A stretch of DNA of 64,000 nt from contig PTKE01000002.1 in the NCBI GenBank assembly GCA_002937585.1, positions 912-64,911 of the forward strand, read 5' to 3'. Shown here in pieces: positions 18,646 through 30,106 of the stretch. Below the pieces are notes generated by a model. It saw nothing but the letters and a program-made list of their open reading frames with translations. It had not been told where the DNA came from and made no database searches. This DNA comes from Alphaproteobacteria bacterium MarineAlpha9_Bin6. Its GTDB lineage: Bacteria > Pseudomonadota > Alphaproteobacteria > UBA7887. The stretch's first letter is position 1, and every line of letters begins with the position of its first letter. The position numbers and the translations under genes are program-made.

Positions 18646-21089
18646 TGGCGTCGGAGTCTGTGACGTTGTGGGGACGTTTTTTGGGTCGGTCCATTGAGCG
18701 CGTGGAAGACGCCGCACTTCTGACGGGACGAGGCCGTTTTGGCGATGACCTTCCGGTTCGTGCCGATACATTGCACGCGGCGTTTTTACGGTCGCCGCAT
18801 GCTCATGCGGATTTAGGTGTGATTGATGTGTCAGACGCACTCGCTATGAAAGGAGTTGAAGCGGTTGTTACCGGTGAAGACGCAAAGGCGCACACGAAAC
18901 CATTTGTTGCCGGCCTCAAGCAACCTATCAAACATTATTGTGTTGCTGTGGAAAGGGTTCGTTACGTTGGCGAACCAGTCGCAATTGTCGTCGCGAAAGA
19001 CCGTTATATTGCGGAGGATGCGCTTGAAAAAATCCATGTAACCTATCAGCCTTTGTCTGCTGTAGTGGATGTCGAGAAATCCATCACTTCGGCGGCGCCG
19101 GTACTGCATGAGGCAGTGGGCAGCAATCTCTTGAGCGACCGCACCTTTATCTATGGTGCTCCTGACGAGGCTTTTCTGGATTCAGATCACCGGGTGAATA
19201 TCACCGTTCGTTATCCCCGAAACAGTTGCACCCCAATTGAGTGTTTTGTCGTTGTAGCCGAATATGACCCAGCCAAGGGCGGCTACGATGTGTTGGCCAA
19301 TTTTCAGGGCCCTTTCACGCTTCACTCGGTTATGGCACTAGCGCTGGGAGTTCCAGCAAATCGTTTGCGGCTTCGGACACCACCCGATTCAGGCGGCAGC
19401 TTTGGCGTTAAGCAGGCCGTGTTTCCTTATGTTGTGGCAATGGCACTCGCCTCTCGCCTTGTCTGTCGGCCGGTAAAGTGGGTTGAGGATCGGCTTGAGC
19501 ATCTTCTGGCAGCAAACGCGGCAACGGGAAGGGTCACCAGAATAGAGGCGGCGGTGAACAATGAGGGTGAGATTATCGCATTTGATATTGACCAACTCGA
19601 GGATTGTGGTGCGTACCTGCGAGCACCAGAGCCAGCGTCGCTTTATCGCATGCATGGCAATCTCTCTGGCGCTTATAAATTGCGCCATATTCGCGTGCGG
19701 AATCGTGTGGCTTTGACGAATACCGTCCCAAGCGGACTCAATCGGGGATTTGGCGGCCCGCAGCTCTATTACGCCATTGAGCGGTTGATGGATCGGATTG
19801 CGGTGAGGTTGCGCATGGATCCTATCGAACTAAGAAAAAGAAATTTCGTTTTGGCCGAGCAGTTTCCTTACCGGTGTCCAGCGGGCGCATTATTGGACTC
19901 GGGTGACTATCAACGGTCTGTTGATCTCGCTGTGACCGATGGCAAGTGGCAGGAGTTGCTGCGCCGCCGCAACCAAGCTCGGGCAGAGGGGCGTCTTTAC
20001 GGTATCGGGTGTGCAGCTGTGGTGGAGTCGAGCATGTCCAACATGGGTTATATCACAACGGTATTGGACGCCGAGGAGCGTGCACGTGTAGGCCCAAAAA
20101 ACGGTGCATTGACGATTGTCACAGTCACGTTGGACCCGCTTGGTTCGGTAAGTGTAGTGATTGACTCATTGCCTCAGGGGCAAGGTCACCAAACTGCTAT
20201 TGCCCAAGTGATAGCCGAAGTGCTTGGAATTTTGCCGGAAGAGGTTGCAATTGAGAGTGGCTTTGACAGCGGCGTGGCAGGTTGGTCGATCGCAGCCGGC
20301 AATTACTCCAGTCGCTTCGCTCCGGCTGTTGCAGGCACAGCGTATTTGGCCGCAAGTCGGCTGCGAGACCGATTATCACGTCTTGCATGCCAACATCTTA
20401 ACGTTGCAACGGAAAAACTTGAGTTTGCTGATGGAAAAATCTTTTCGAGTGATAATCCGGCAAATTCGGTGCCGTTTCGTCGCATTGCTGGATCAAGTCA
20501 CTGGTCTCCAGGGACTCTGCCAGAGGGGCTAGAACCTGTGGTCCGGGAAACGGCCACATGGACGCCACCGCAACTTGAGGCGCCAGATGCGTCGGATCGT
20601 ATCAACGGCGCCACTGCTTATGGTTTCATTTTTGATTTCTGTGGAGTGGAGGTCGATCGAGTGACGCATCATATTCGTATCGACCACTATGTCACGATGC
20701 ATGATGCAGGAAGAAGGATTAATCCTGCGCTCCTTGACGGGCAAATTCGTGGTGCTTTTGCTCACGGGATCGGTGCTGCACTGTTCGAACGGTTTCGTTA
20801 TGACGACGATGGCCAGTTCCTATCCGGAACATTTGCTGATTATTTGGTGCCCACAGCATGTGAAGTACCGGATCCAATTATTCTTCACACCGAATCCCCG
20901 TCTCCATTTACGCCGCTTGGGACAAAAGGAGCTGGTGAAGGTCAATCCATGAGCACGCCAGTTTGCATTGCGAACGCCGTTGCTGATGCACTCGGAGTAG
21001 ACGATATCGAGTTGCCTTTGACCCCTGATCGTGTCGCAGCACTGATGAGTGATGATGAGCCGTCTTTTCGCTCGGCGGGGGCAAAATGA
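18645..21089 (+). CDS. hmfA: Xanthine dehydrogenase-family molybdopterin subunit; probable 2-furoyl-CoA dehydrogenase large subunit
   Basis: RVED..LLTGRG.F.DD, RSPHAHA, GGSFG, NRGFGGPQ, QGQGH, KGAGEG; followed by FAD, 2Fe-2S, CoA ligase and crotonase genes in hmfABCDE order. Confidence 0.8.
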   Translation: MASESVTLWGRFLGRSIERVEDAALLTGRGRFGDDLPVRADTLHAAFLRSPHAHADLGVIDVSDALAMKGVEAVVTGEDAKAHTKPFVAGLKQPIKHYCVAVERVRYVGEPVAIVVAKDRYIAEDALEKIHVTYQPLSAVVDVEKSITSAAPVLHEAVGSNLLSDRTFIYGAPDEAFLDSDHRVNITVRYPRNSCTPIECFVVVAEYDPAKGGYDVLANFQGPFTLHSVMALALGVPANRLRLRTPPDSGGSFGVKQAVFPYVVAMALASRLVCRPVKWVEDRLEHLLAANAATGRVTRIEAAVNNEGEIIAFDIDQLEDCGAYLRAPEPASLYRMHGNLSGAYKLRHIRVRNRVALTNTVPSGLNRGFGGPQLYYAIERLMDRIAVRLRMDPIELRKRNFVLAEQFPYRCPAGALLDSGDYQRSVDLAVTDGKWQELLRRRNQARAEGRLYGIGCAAVVESSMSNMGYITTVLDAEERARVGPKNGALTIVTVTLDPLGSVSVVIDSLPQGQGHQTAIAQVIAEVLGILPEEVAIESGFDSGVAGWSIAAGNYSSRFAPAVAGTAYLAASRLRDRLSRLACQHLNVATEKLEFADGKIFSSDNPANSVPFRRIAGSSHWSPGTLPEGLEPVVRETATWTPPQLEAPDASDRINGATAYGFIFDFCGVEVDRVTHHIRIDHYVTMHDAGRRINPALLDGQIRGAFAHGIGAALFERFRYDDDGQFLSGTFADYLVPTACEVPDPIILHTESPSPFTPLGTKGAGEGQSMSTPVCIANAVADALGVDDIELPLTPDRVAALMSDDEPSFRSAGAK

Positions 21090-21913
21090 AACCGCCCGTG
21101 TTTGACTACGCCTTTGTTGAGCATCTTGATGAGGTGGTTGAGCTCCTCGCTGCAGATGGTGGTGAAGCTCGACTGCTAGCTGGCGGCCAGTCCTTGATCG
21201 CGATGCTTAATATGCGATTGATTCAACCCACTCTCGTGGTGGACATCTCGCGGTTGCCCGATCACGATTTTATTACGCTCAAAGAGGGTGTCGTAGAAAT
21301 TGGTTGCACAGTCACACAGTCTGATCTTCAGCTTTGGCCAGGATTGGCAGAGTCTTTGCCGCTTCTTAAACGCGCCTTACCATGGGTTGGACATCGTCAA
21401 ACACGAAATAAAGGCACAGTTTGCGGCTCTATCGCTCACGCTGATCCCAGTGCAGAGCTGCCGCTATGCTTGGCCGCGCTGAACGGAGAAGCAGTCTTGT
21501 ATTCCTCTCGCGGTGAGCGAGTGCTTGCGGCACATGAATTGCAGGTTGGTACGTTGGAGACCGCTTGTGAGCCTGACGAGATGATACGCGCGTTGCGATT
21601 CCCCAGAGCGGTCCCCGGTGTTGGATATGGTTTTGGCGAAGTCGCGTATCGTCACGGAGATTTCGCTATTGTGGCGATAGCCGTACTCGCTAGCACCGAA
21701 GGTGTTCGCATTGCCGTTGGAGGTGTCAGTGAAAAACCCGAAATATGCGAATGGCCATTGATGGAAGATAGGTTTCTCAATGACGCCCTAAACGATCTCG
21801 CTTGGAAATTAGGTACGACAGAGGATCAGCACGCTACTGCGTATTACCGACGGAGTTTAATACGTAAACTGGGCCGAAGAGTGGTAGGGGAGGCTTTGGC
21901 ATGCGTCGGCTAA
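21086..21913 (+). CDS. hmfB: FAD-binding subunit (CoxM-like); probable 2-furoyl-CoA dehydrogenase subunit
   Basis: MKPP.FDY, LAGGQSL, GH.QTRN.GTVCGS.AHADPSAE, RHGDFA. Confidence 0.8.
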   Translation: MKPPVFDYAFVEHLDEVVELLAADGGEARLLAGGQSLIAMLNMRLIQPTLVVDISRLPDHDFITLKEGVVEIGCTVTQSDLQLWPGLAESLPLLKRALPWVGHRQTRNKGTVCGSIAHADPSAELPLCLAALNGEAVLYSSRGERVLAAHELQVGTLETACEPDEMIRALRFPRAVPGVGYGFGEVAYRHGDFAIVAIAVLASTEGVRIAVGGVSEKPEICEWPLMEDRFLNDALNDLAWKLGTTEDQHATAYYRRSLIRKLGRRVVGEALACVG

Positions 21914-22413
21914 ATGCTGGGCAACGTCACTTGGTTCAGTTTGATCTTAATGGGAAGTTGGTTTCGGAAGAATCGGAGCCCCGTCTCCTACTGTCGGACT
22001 TCCTGCGCGGTGTACTTGGTTCGACAGGTAGTCATGTGGGATGTGAGCACGGTGTTTGTGGCGCGTGCACGGTCAGGTTAAACGGTCGCGCAGTCCGCTC
22101 TTGCCTGACATTGGCCGTCCAGGCAAATGGGGAAAGAGTAGAAACAGTTGAAGGTTTGGCACGAGATGGTGTGCTCTCGCCGTTGCAGCAGGCATTTCGT
22201 CGGCACCACGCATTACAATGTGGATTTTGCACTCCGGGCATTTTGATGTCGCTCGCTGAACTGTTAGATGCGGATACCGACGTGAATGAAAAATCCGTTC
22301 GTGAATTGTTGAGTGGTCATCTGTGTCGTTGCACAGGATATGGGAACATCGTTCGCGCTGCGCTGGATGTCTTTGCAGAAGTCAGTGCAACTGAGCCTGC
22401 TCCAGATGCTTGA
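21901..22413 (+). CDS. hmfC: 2Fe-2S subunit (CoxS-like); probable 2-furoyl-CoA dehydrogenase subunit
   Basis: GCEHGVCGACTV, RSCL, QCGFCTPG, LCRCTGY. Confidence 0.8.
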   Translation: MRRLNAGQRHLVQFDLNGKLVSEESEPRLLLSDFLRGVLGSTGSHVGCEHGVCGACTVRLNGRAVRSCLTLAVQANGERVETVEGLARDGVLSPLQQAFRRHHALQCGFCTPGILMSLAELLDADTDVNEKSVRELLSGHLCRCTGYGNIVRAALDVFAEVSATEPAPDA

Positions 22414-23965
22414 TCTTGGTACGACTTTGCTTGGTGCCGCGGAACGGTATCCTGACCGTGAGGCTGTCGTGGATGGTGCAACACGTTGGACTTACGGCGG
22501 GTGGTTTGAGTGTGTGCGCCAAGTGGCCGGGGGTCTTGTCGAGGCAGGTCTACGTCCTGGCGATCATCTGGTGATTGTGCTCAAAAATCGTTGGCAAATG
22601 GCGGCCCTGCATTGGGCCTGTCAGCTTGTTGGAGTCATAGCAACTCCCATCAATTGGCGGGCAAAATCTGAAGAAATTGACTTTGTATTGCGCGACGCGG
22701 ATGCGAAAGCTGTCGCATTTGAGATGTCCACCGAGATCACAGTGAAGGAAGCTGCTTCGGCCCACTTTATTACTAGCATTGCAGTTAGCGGGGATGGTGA
22801 TTTATCTCTCGATGATCTTATCGCGAGCAAGCCAGTAACGGTTGCAGGAAGAGCTCGGGCCGAGGATATGTCGGTGATGCTGTATACCTCCGGTACTACC
22901 GGGCTTGGCAAGGGAGTACCTCGTAGTCACCAGGCTGAGCGGGCGGCGGCGATGGCACATATCGTGCAAAATGGATATCGCTTAGGTGAACGTACCTTGG
23001 GTGTAATGCCTCTTTATCACACCATGGGCATACGCTCGCTACTTTCTATGGCGTTAATCAATGGTTGTTTTATTTGCCAATCCCACTTCGATGCTGAAGA
23101 GACATTGATGCTAATAGAGTGTGAGCGAGTTACCGCGTTGTTCTTAGTGCCGACGCTTTACCATGATTTAATGAGTCATGAATCTTTCAGCAGTCGGGAT
23201 TTGTCGTCGGTGCGTAAACTCGGATTCGCGGGAGCGCCGATGGAGGGAGGGTTGCTGCAGCGTGTCAATGAAGCGTTTAACCCCGAGCTGTTTGTTAACC
23301 ACTATGGATCTTCGGAAATTTATACTTTCACTGTAGAACCCCATGCTTCGGAAAAACCTGGCTCTGCGGGGAAGGCAGGGGTTAATCAGCGAATTCGTGT
23401 GATTAAAATTGGGTCGAAAGATCCAGAGGATCATGTGTCAACGGGTGAGACTGGTGAGATTATTGCTGACTTGGCAAGTGATGAGGCGTTCAAGGGTTAT
23501 TGGCGTCGTACTGATGCGGATGAAAAAGTACTAAGAGATGGTTGGTATTTTACGGGAGATATTGGCTGGCTCGACAATCACGGTGATTTGTTTTTGGCTG
23601 GTCGCATCGACGACATGATCATTACTGGCGGTGAAAATGTATCACCAGCCGAAATTGAGAAAATATTATCTGCCCATCCCGAGGTTATAGAGGTTGCGGT
23701 CGCGGGGTTGGCCGATGAACGTTGGGGCCAACAAGTGACAGCTTTCATAAAGGCCAGAAAGGCGGTTTCTCCGGACGAACTTGACGTGTTTTGCCGTGGT
23801 TCGGCTTTGGCTGACTTTAAGCGTCCACGTAATTATGTGTTTGTCACAGCAATTCCCAAGTCCCCAGTGGGGAAGGTGCTTCGGCGCCTTCTGGTATCTG
23901 GTGACTACGAAGTAGATAAGCGCTTTTTGGGGAAAACAGAGAACGAAATGGCAACATTGGCATGA
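22406..23965 (+). CDS. hmfD: AMP-binding CoA ligase; probable 2-furoyl-CoA synthetase
   Basis: MLDLG start (ATG 22406), YTSGTTG..KG, NHYGSSE, TGD, GRIDDMII.GGENV, PKSPVGK. Confidence 0.78.
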   Translation: MLDLGTTLLGAAERYPDREAVVDGATRWTYGGWFECVRQVAGGLVEAGLRPGDHLVIVLKNRWQMAALHWACQLVGVIATPINWRAKSEEIDFVLRDADAKAVAFEMSTEITVKEAASAHFITSIAVSGDGDLSLDDLIASKPVTVAGRARAEDMSVMLYTSGTTGLGKGVPRSHQAERAAAMAHIVQNGYRLGERTLGVMPLYHTMGIRSLLSMALINGCFICQSHFDAEETLMLIECERVTALFLVPTLYHDLMSHESFSSRDLSSVRKLGFAGAPMEGGLLQRVNEAFNPELFVNHYGSSEIYTFTVEPHASEKPGSAGKAGVNQRIRVIKIGSKDPEDHVSTGETGEIIADLASDEAFKGYWRRTDADEKVLRDGWYFTGDIGWLDNHGDLFLAGRIDDMIITGGENVSPAEIEKILSAHPEVIEVAVAGLADERWGQQVTAFIKARKAVSPDELDVFCRGSALADFKRPRNYVFVTAIPKSPVGKVLRRLLVSGDYEVDKRFLGKTENEMATLA

Positions 23966-24771
23966 GTCAATCCCCTGAGAATAAGAAAATCGATTTGCTA
24001 GGAGAAATGGACGGATTCAGAGTCGAGGTAAACCGGGACGCGGCCCGCGGGGACATAATTCTCGATCGACCGCCACTCAACATCATTAGAATGCCTCAGC
24101 GCGATCAGATGTCAGCTGCGTTTGCTGCTCTGGACTGTGATGACCGGGTGCGAGTGATCGTGTTGCGGGGTGCCGGCGAGAATTTCTCAAGCGGCGGAGA
24201 GATTAAGGGTTTTCTTGAATCCTCACCAGAGCACGTTTCAAGCCTCGCAAAAAACGTTATGGCTCCGGAGCGTTGCCACAAGCCGGTAGTTGCCGCAATT
24301 CAAGGATACTGTTTTGGGGTTGGCTTTGAATTTTGCTTGGCTTGCGATTTTCGTATTGTTACGGAAACAGCGTTTGTTGGTCTGCCGGAACAACGCATCG
24401 GTATGATACCAGGATCTGGAGGTTCAATCCGTTTACTCCATATGATTGGGCTGCAGCGTACGAAAGACATCGTAATGCGGTCGAGACGCATTTCTGGCCC
24501 ACAAGCCTATGACTGGGGAATTGCCCTAGATTGTGTTGCCTTCAACTCCTTGGATGCGGCAGTTGTGTCATTGGTAAAGGAATTGTCGGAGCTTTCGCCG
24601 TTGGCGCAGCGAACGAGCAAGCGCGTTCTCAATGGAGCTCAGGATGCACCGCTTCATGTGGGAATCGAATTAGAAGGCCAAGCCTACGGACGATTGCGGA
24701 GTTCGCATGATTTCCGCGAAGGGGTTGAATCTTTCCACGAAAAGCGCAAGGCAGATTTTGATGGAACCTGA
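23962..24771 (+). CDS. hmfE: Crotonase-fold protein; probable 2-oxoglutaroyl-CoA hydrolase
   Basis: DGFRVE, PPLN.I.MPQRDQ, FSSGG.IKGFLE.SPEHVS.LA, GYCFGVGFE, IPGSGGS, RTKDIVMRSRRISG.QAYDWGIA match my recollection of HmfE. Confidence 0.8.
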   Translation: MSQSPENKKIDLLGEMDGFRVEVNRDAARGDIILDRPPLNIIRMPQRDQMSAAFAALDCDDRVRVIVLRGAGENFSSGGEIKGFLESSPEHVSSLAKNVMAPERCHKPVVAAIQGYCFGVGFEFCLACDFRIVTETAFVGLPEQRIGMIPGSGGSIRLLHMIGLQRTKDIVMRSRRISGPQAYDWGIALDCVAFNSLDAAVVSLVKELSELSPLAQRTSKRVLNGAQDAPLHVGIELEGQAYGRLRSSHDFREGVESFHEKRKADFDGT

Positions 24772-25039
24772 CCGGCACGCTAAAATAGTGCAGCTGATAC
24801 ACGAGGGTAGCCCATATTCAGGGCACTACCATTAACCTATGTTAAAGCCAACAGGCCTCGTAAAAGGAAGATTCAAACGGCACTCAGGCTCCAGCCCATA
24901 AGGTTGTGCGGCAGGGGTTGATTTGGGACAATCCAGCTGTGTATGGTGCGCCTTGTAACGGGGCATCGAGCGCCATTAACGCTTGGCGTTGGTGAGCGCC
25001 GTGATTGTGTGCTCGATCATCTGAAAGGCATTATTTAAG

Positions 25040-25897
25040 ATGTTAGCGAGGAACATCCTAACGGGGGCGACCGCTTTGGTTACGTCGGTTGTCGTTTCCG
25101 TAACCGAGGTATTGGCTAACCCGCAAACGGGTCAACCAGCTGAATGGCAATTGGGCTTCCAACGCGCCGTAACGCCGGTCATGGAGTCTATTAATACCTT
25201 GCACAATTACGTGCTCATATTGATTACGTTGATCTCCTTGTTCATTCTGGCGTTACTGATCTTTGTGGCGGTTCGGTTTAATGCGAAGTCGAATCCAAAT
25301 CCGTCTCAGGTAACGCATAACACAGTGATCGAAGTGCTATGGACGGTTGTCCCGATCTTGATCCTTGTGGTTATGGCTATCCCGAGTTTTAAGCTTCTTT
25401 ATTTGCAGGATACATTCCCGGAGCACGTAGATTTAAATATTAAAGCAACGGCTTATCAGTGGTTCTGGACCTACGAATATCCCGATGAAGGTTTTGAGTT
25501 CGATGCATTCAAGCTCGAAGCAGAGGAGGCCGAAGAGGTGGGTGAGCCTTATCTGCTGGCAGTCGATACAAAAGTAGTAGTGCCTGTTGGTAAAGTTGTC
25601 CGTGTTCAGGTCACTTCGGCTGACGTAATCCACGCCTGGGCGGTCCCCGCTCTGGGTGTGAAAATGGATGCGTATCCTGGCCGGCTGAATGAGCTTTGGT
25701 TCCAGGTCAACGAACCAGGTGTGTATTATGGTCAGTGTTCGGAGCTTTGTGGCCAAGGCCATGCGTTTATGCCGATTGCCGTGGAGGCTATGTTAGAAGC
25801 GGAGTATGAGGTCTGGCTGAACGAGGCACGTGAGGAATACGCGAGGATTGGCGAAAACATCAGGGTTGCGGACTCAAATTTATCCGTGGCGAAATAA
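25040..25897 (+). CDS. coxB: Cytochrome c oxidase subunit II
   Basis: HNT.IEV.WT, YQWFWTYEY, DVIHAW, CSELCG.GHAFMP CuA site. Confidence 0.97.
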   Translation: MLARNILTGATALVTSVVVSVTEVLANPQTGQPAEWQLGFQRAVTPVMESINTLHNYVLILITLISLFILALLIFVAVRFNAKSNPNPSQVTHNTVIEVLWTVVPILILVVMAIPSFKLLYLQDTFPEHVDLNIKATAYQWFWTYEYPDEGFEFDAFKLEAEEAEEVGEPYLLAVDTKVVVPVGKVVRVQVTSADVIHAWAVPALGVKMDAYPGRLNELWFQVNEPGVYYGQCSELCGQGHAFMPIAVEAMLEAEYEVWLNEAREEYARIGENIRVADSNLSVAK

Positions 25898-25908
25898 AGT
25901 GACCGTGA

Positions 25909-27531
<1,623 letters not shown>

Positions 27532-27555
27532 TGGCTATAATTTAGGACCATCACC

Positions 27556-28482
27556 ATGTCCGATAGCACAGTGACGGCGGTTTCTGCCGGTTCGTTTGCG
27601 CGAAATGCTGCACTGGCAGATTATTTCGCACTGTTGAAGCCGCGGGTAATGTCTTTGGTAGTTTTTACCGGCGTGGTCGGCATGGTGTTGGCACCGGGGG
27701 AACTTCATCCGGTGCTGGCTTTTGCAGCGCTTTTATGCATCGCAGTAGGTGCCGGCGGTTCTGGTGCGATTAACATGTGGTTTGATCGCGACATCGACGC
27801 GCAAATGTCCAGGACTAGGGAGCGACCAATTCCGGCAGGCCGGATTATGCCGGGTACAGCGCTCTCCTTTGGTATCTGGCTGTCGATCGGATCCGTGGCC
27901 CTGATGGCCTTGGCAGTTAACTGGCTTGCAGCGATATTGCTAGCATTCACGATTTGTTTCTATGTGTTTGTTTATACCATGTGGCTAAAACGAAAAACGC
28001 CACAAAACATTGTGATCGGTGGTGCTGCAGGAGCGCTGCCGCCCGTCATCGGATGGGCCGCGGTAGCTGGGGAGATCGGTCTCGCATCACTCGTTCTGTT
28101 CATCATTATTTTCATGTGGACACCACCACATTTTTGGGCCTTGGCGCTGGTCCGTGCCGACGAATATAAGCAGGCCGGGGTGCCGATGCTGCCTGTCGTC
28201 GTTGGCGCAGAAGCGACCCGGCGATATATCTTCTGGTACAGCATCGCGCTAGTCTCGTTTACCTTTGCACCTGTCGTTATTGGTTTGAGCGGTGTAATCT
28301 ATGGGATTGGTGCGGCGTTGCTCGGCGCGATATTTGTGACGCTGGCAGTGTTGATACGACGCCGAAGAAGCAACGCCTGCGCCCGGCGTCTTTTCTCTTT
28401 CTCCATTCTCTACCTGTTTTTGATTTTTGTTTTACTGGCGGTCGATCACATGTCTTGGTCGTCAACCTTTTTGGGATCGTAA
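27556..28482 (+). CDS. ctaB: Protoheme IX farnesyltransferase (heme O synthase)
   Basis: [38 protein letters not shown]. Confidence 0.95.
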   Translation: MSDSTVTAVSAGSFARNAALADYFALLKPRVMSLVVFTGVVGMVLAPGELHPVLAFAALLCIAVGAGGSGAINMWFDRDIDAQMSRTRERPIPAGRIMPGTALSFGIWLSIGSVALMALAVNWLAAILLAFTICFYVFVYTMWLKRKTPQNIVIGGAAGALPPVIGWAAVAGEIGLASLVLFIIIFMWTPPHFWALALVRADEYKQAGVPMLPVVVGAEATRRYIFWYSIALVSFTFAPVVIGLSGVIYGIGAALLGAIFVTLAVLIRRRRSNACARRLFSFSILYLFLIFVLLAVDHMSWSSTFLGS

Positions 28483-28494
28483 GGGTTAAGTATC

Positions 28495-28623
28495 ATGCCT
28501 CTTCATGACCTCCATCGCCGTCAGAAGGTAAGGAATATGGCGATTGCGCTGGGATTGGCTGGCTTGGTGGTGCTGTTTTTTTTGATTACTCTTGCCAAAC
28601 TTAGTCCGGAGCCGGGCCAGTGA
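28495..28623 (+). CDS. Small single-TM protein of alphaproteobacterial COX operons (CoxF-like), 42 aa
   Basis: MPLHDLHRRQKVRNMAIALGLAGLVVLFFLITLAKLSPEPGQ; TGA overlaps the GTG of ctaG; absent from the ORF track (<60 aa). Confidence 0.75.
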   Translation: MPLHDLHRRQKVRNMAIALGLAGLVVLFFLITLAKLSPEPGQ

Positions 28624-29204
28624 GGGCGCGCGGCCGTTATAGCATTACGGGGCTCTCGTTGGCAGCGCTGGTGGTTGGGATGGTTGGCCTTTCCTATGCG
28701 GCGGTGCCTTTATACGATCTGTTCTGCCGGGCAACGGGTTATGGCGGAACAACGATGGTTGCGACGGAAGTACCAATCCAGATCGGTGAACGGGAGATGA
28801 CGGTGCGATTTAACGCCAACGTAAATAGGGGTTTGCCTTGGCGATTCCGTCCGGTACAAGGTTCGGTCACGGTACGGGTTGGGGAACCGACGCTGGCGTT
28901 TTATCGGGTTGAGAATACCAGCGAGCAGACGATTGTCGGCACTGCAACCTATAATGTTACGCCGCTTAAGGCTGGCGAGTATTTTTCGAAAATTGACTGC
29001 TTTTGTTTTACGGAACAGGTGCTGCAGCCAGGAGAGACTTCGGAGTTGCCGGTGAGCTTTTTCGTAGATCCGTCGATAGTCGATGATCCGGAAATGGACA
29101 GAATCACAACCTTGACACTGTCTTATACCTTTTTTGAAGTAGGGACTTCGGCACGCGAGCAACTATCTAGCACAAACCAATTAGCTGGCTCTGTAATCAA
29201 TTAA
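28620..29204 (+). CDS. ctaG: Cytochrome c oxidase assembly protein CtaG/Cox11
   Basis: YAAVPLY.LFC..TG.GG, YF.KI.CFCF.EQ. Confidence 0.95.
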   Translation: MRARGRYSITGLSLAALVVGMVGLSYAAVPLYDLFCRATGYGGTTMVATEVPIQIGEREMTVRFNANVNRGLPWRFRPVQGSVTVRVGEPTLAFYRVENTSEQTIVGTATYNVTPLKAGEYFSKIDCFCFTEQVLQPGETSELPVSFFVDPSIVDDPEMDRITTLTLSYTFFEVGTSAREQLSSTNQLAGSVIN

Positions 29205-29264
29205 GAGCTCGCTATATCTTGTGTTGACCATGAAACGTTATGCCCACGTGGCAAAGGGAAAGTG

Positions 29265-30086
29265 ATGACTGATACTGCCAAACAACCCTTTCATCTTGTT
29301 GATCCAAGCCCATGGCCGGCACTTGGAGCGCTTGCAGCGCTCTTCCTAACGGCAGGGACAGTGCTGTTCATGCATGAGATGGCTGGGGGTGTGGCTGTCA
29401 CCACGATCGGCATTTTGCTGACTTTTTTGACTATGTTTTTGTGGTGGCGCGACATGATTCGAGAGGCAACTTTTGAAGGTCATCACACTCCAGTAGTGCA
29501 AATTGGACTCCGCTTCGGCATGGCATTGTTCATCGCTTCCGAAGTGATGTTTTTCGTTGCTTGGTTTTGGGCATTTTTTGACGCGAGTTTGTTTGCTGGC
29601 GAGGCTAAACAGGTAAGTCGTGTAGCATTCACCGGTGGTGATTGGCCACCGCAGGGTGTGGAGGTGTTGGATGCGTTTCATTTACCGTTGTTGAACACCC
29701 TAATTCTTCTCACTTCAGGTGCTACGGTGACATGGGCTCATCATGCCCTTCGTGAAGGTAAGGCTGAACATCTCATTCTCGGCTTGTGGCTGACTATTTT
29801 GCTTGGTGCGACATTCACCGGGATTCAGGCGTACGAGTACGCGCACGCGCATTTCGCGTTTACTGACGGTATTTATTCGTCCACTTTCTTTATGGCCACC
29901 GGTTTTCACGGGGCTCATGTGCTCATTGGGACCGTATTTCTGTGTGTGTGTCTGTTCCGCTCTTATCGCAACCATTTTAAGCCCGATCACCATTTCGGGT
30001 TCGAGGCGGCTAGTTGGTACTGGCATTTTGTTGACGTGGTGTGGTTATTTTTGTTCTGCTGCATCTATTGGTGGGGTGGCAGTTGA
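29265..30086 (+). CDS. coxC: Cytochrome c oxidase subunit III
   Basis: FHLVDPSPWP, GHHT, LFIASEVMFF, ATGFHG.HV, WYWHFVDVVW. Confidence 0.97.
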   Translation: MTDTAKQPFHLVDPSPWPALGALAALFLTAGTVLFMHEMAGGVAVTTIGILLTFLTMFLWWRDMIREATFEGHHTPVVQIGLRFGMALFIASEVMFFVAWFWAFFDASLFAGEAKQVSRVAFTGGDWPPQGVEVLDAFHLPLLNTLILLTSGATVTWAHHALREGKAEHLILGLWLTILLGATFTGIQAYEYAHAHFAFTDGIYSSTFFMATGFHGAHVLIGTVFLCVCLFRSYRNHFKPDHHFGFEAASWYWHFVDVVWLFLFCCIYWWGGS

Positions 30087-30106
30087 GGCAGCTCTTTTAG
30101 GCCTGC

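Noticed and set aside
18645..22413. Aerobic CO dehydrogenase (coxLMS)
   Set aside because: No AYxCSFR or AYxGAGR active-site loop (NRGFG instead); the L-M-S order with CoA ligase and crotonase fits hmfABCDE
24918..24931. FNR/FixK box upstream of coxB (TTGAT-N4-GACAA)
   Set aside because: Two mismatches in the second half-site; equally explained as a sigma70 -35 element
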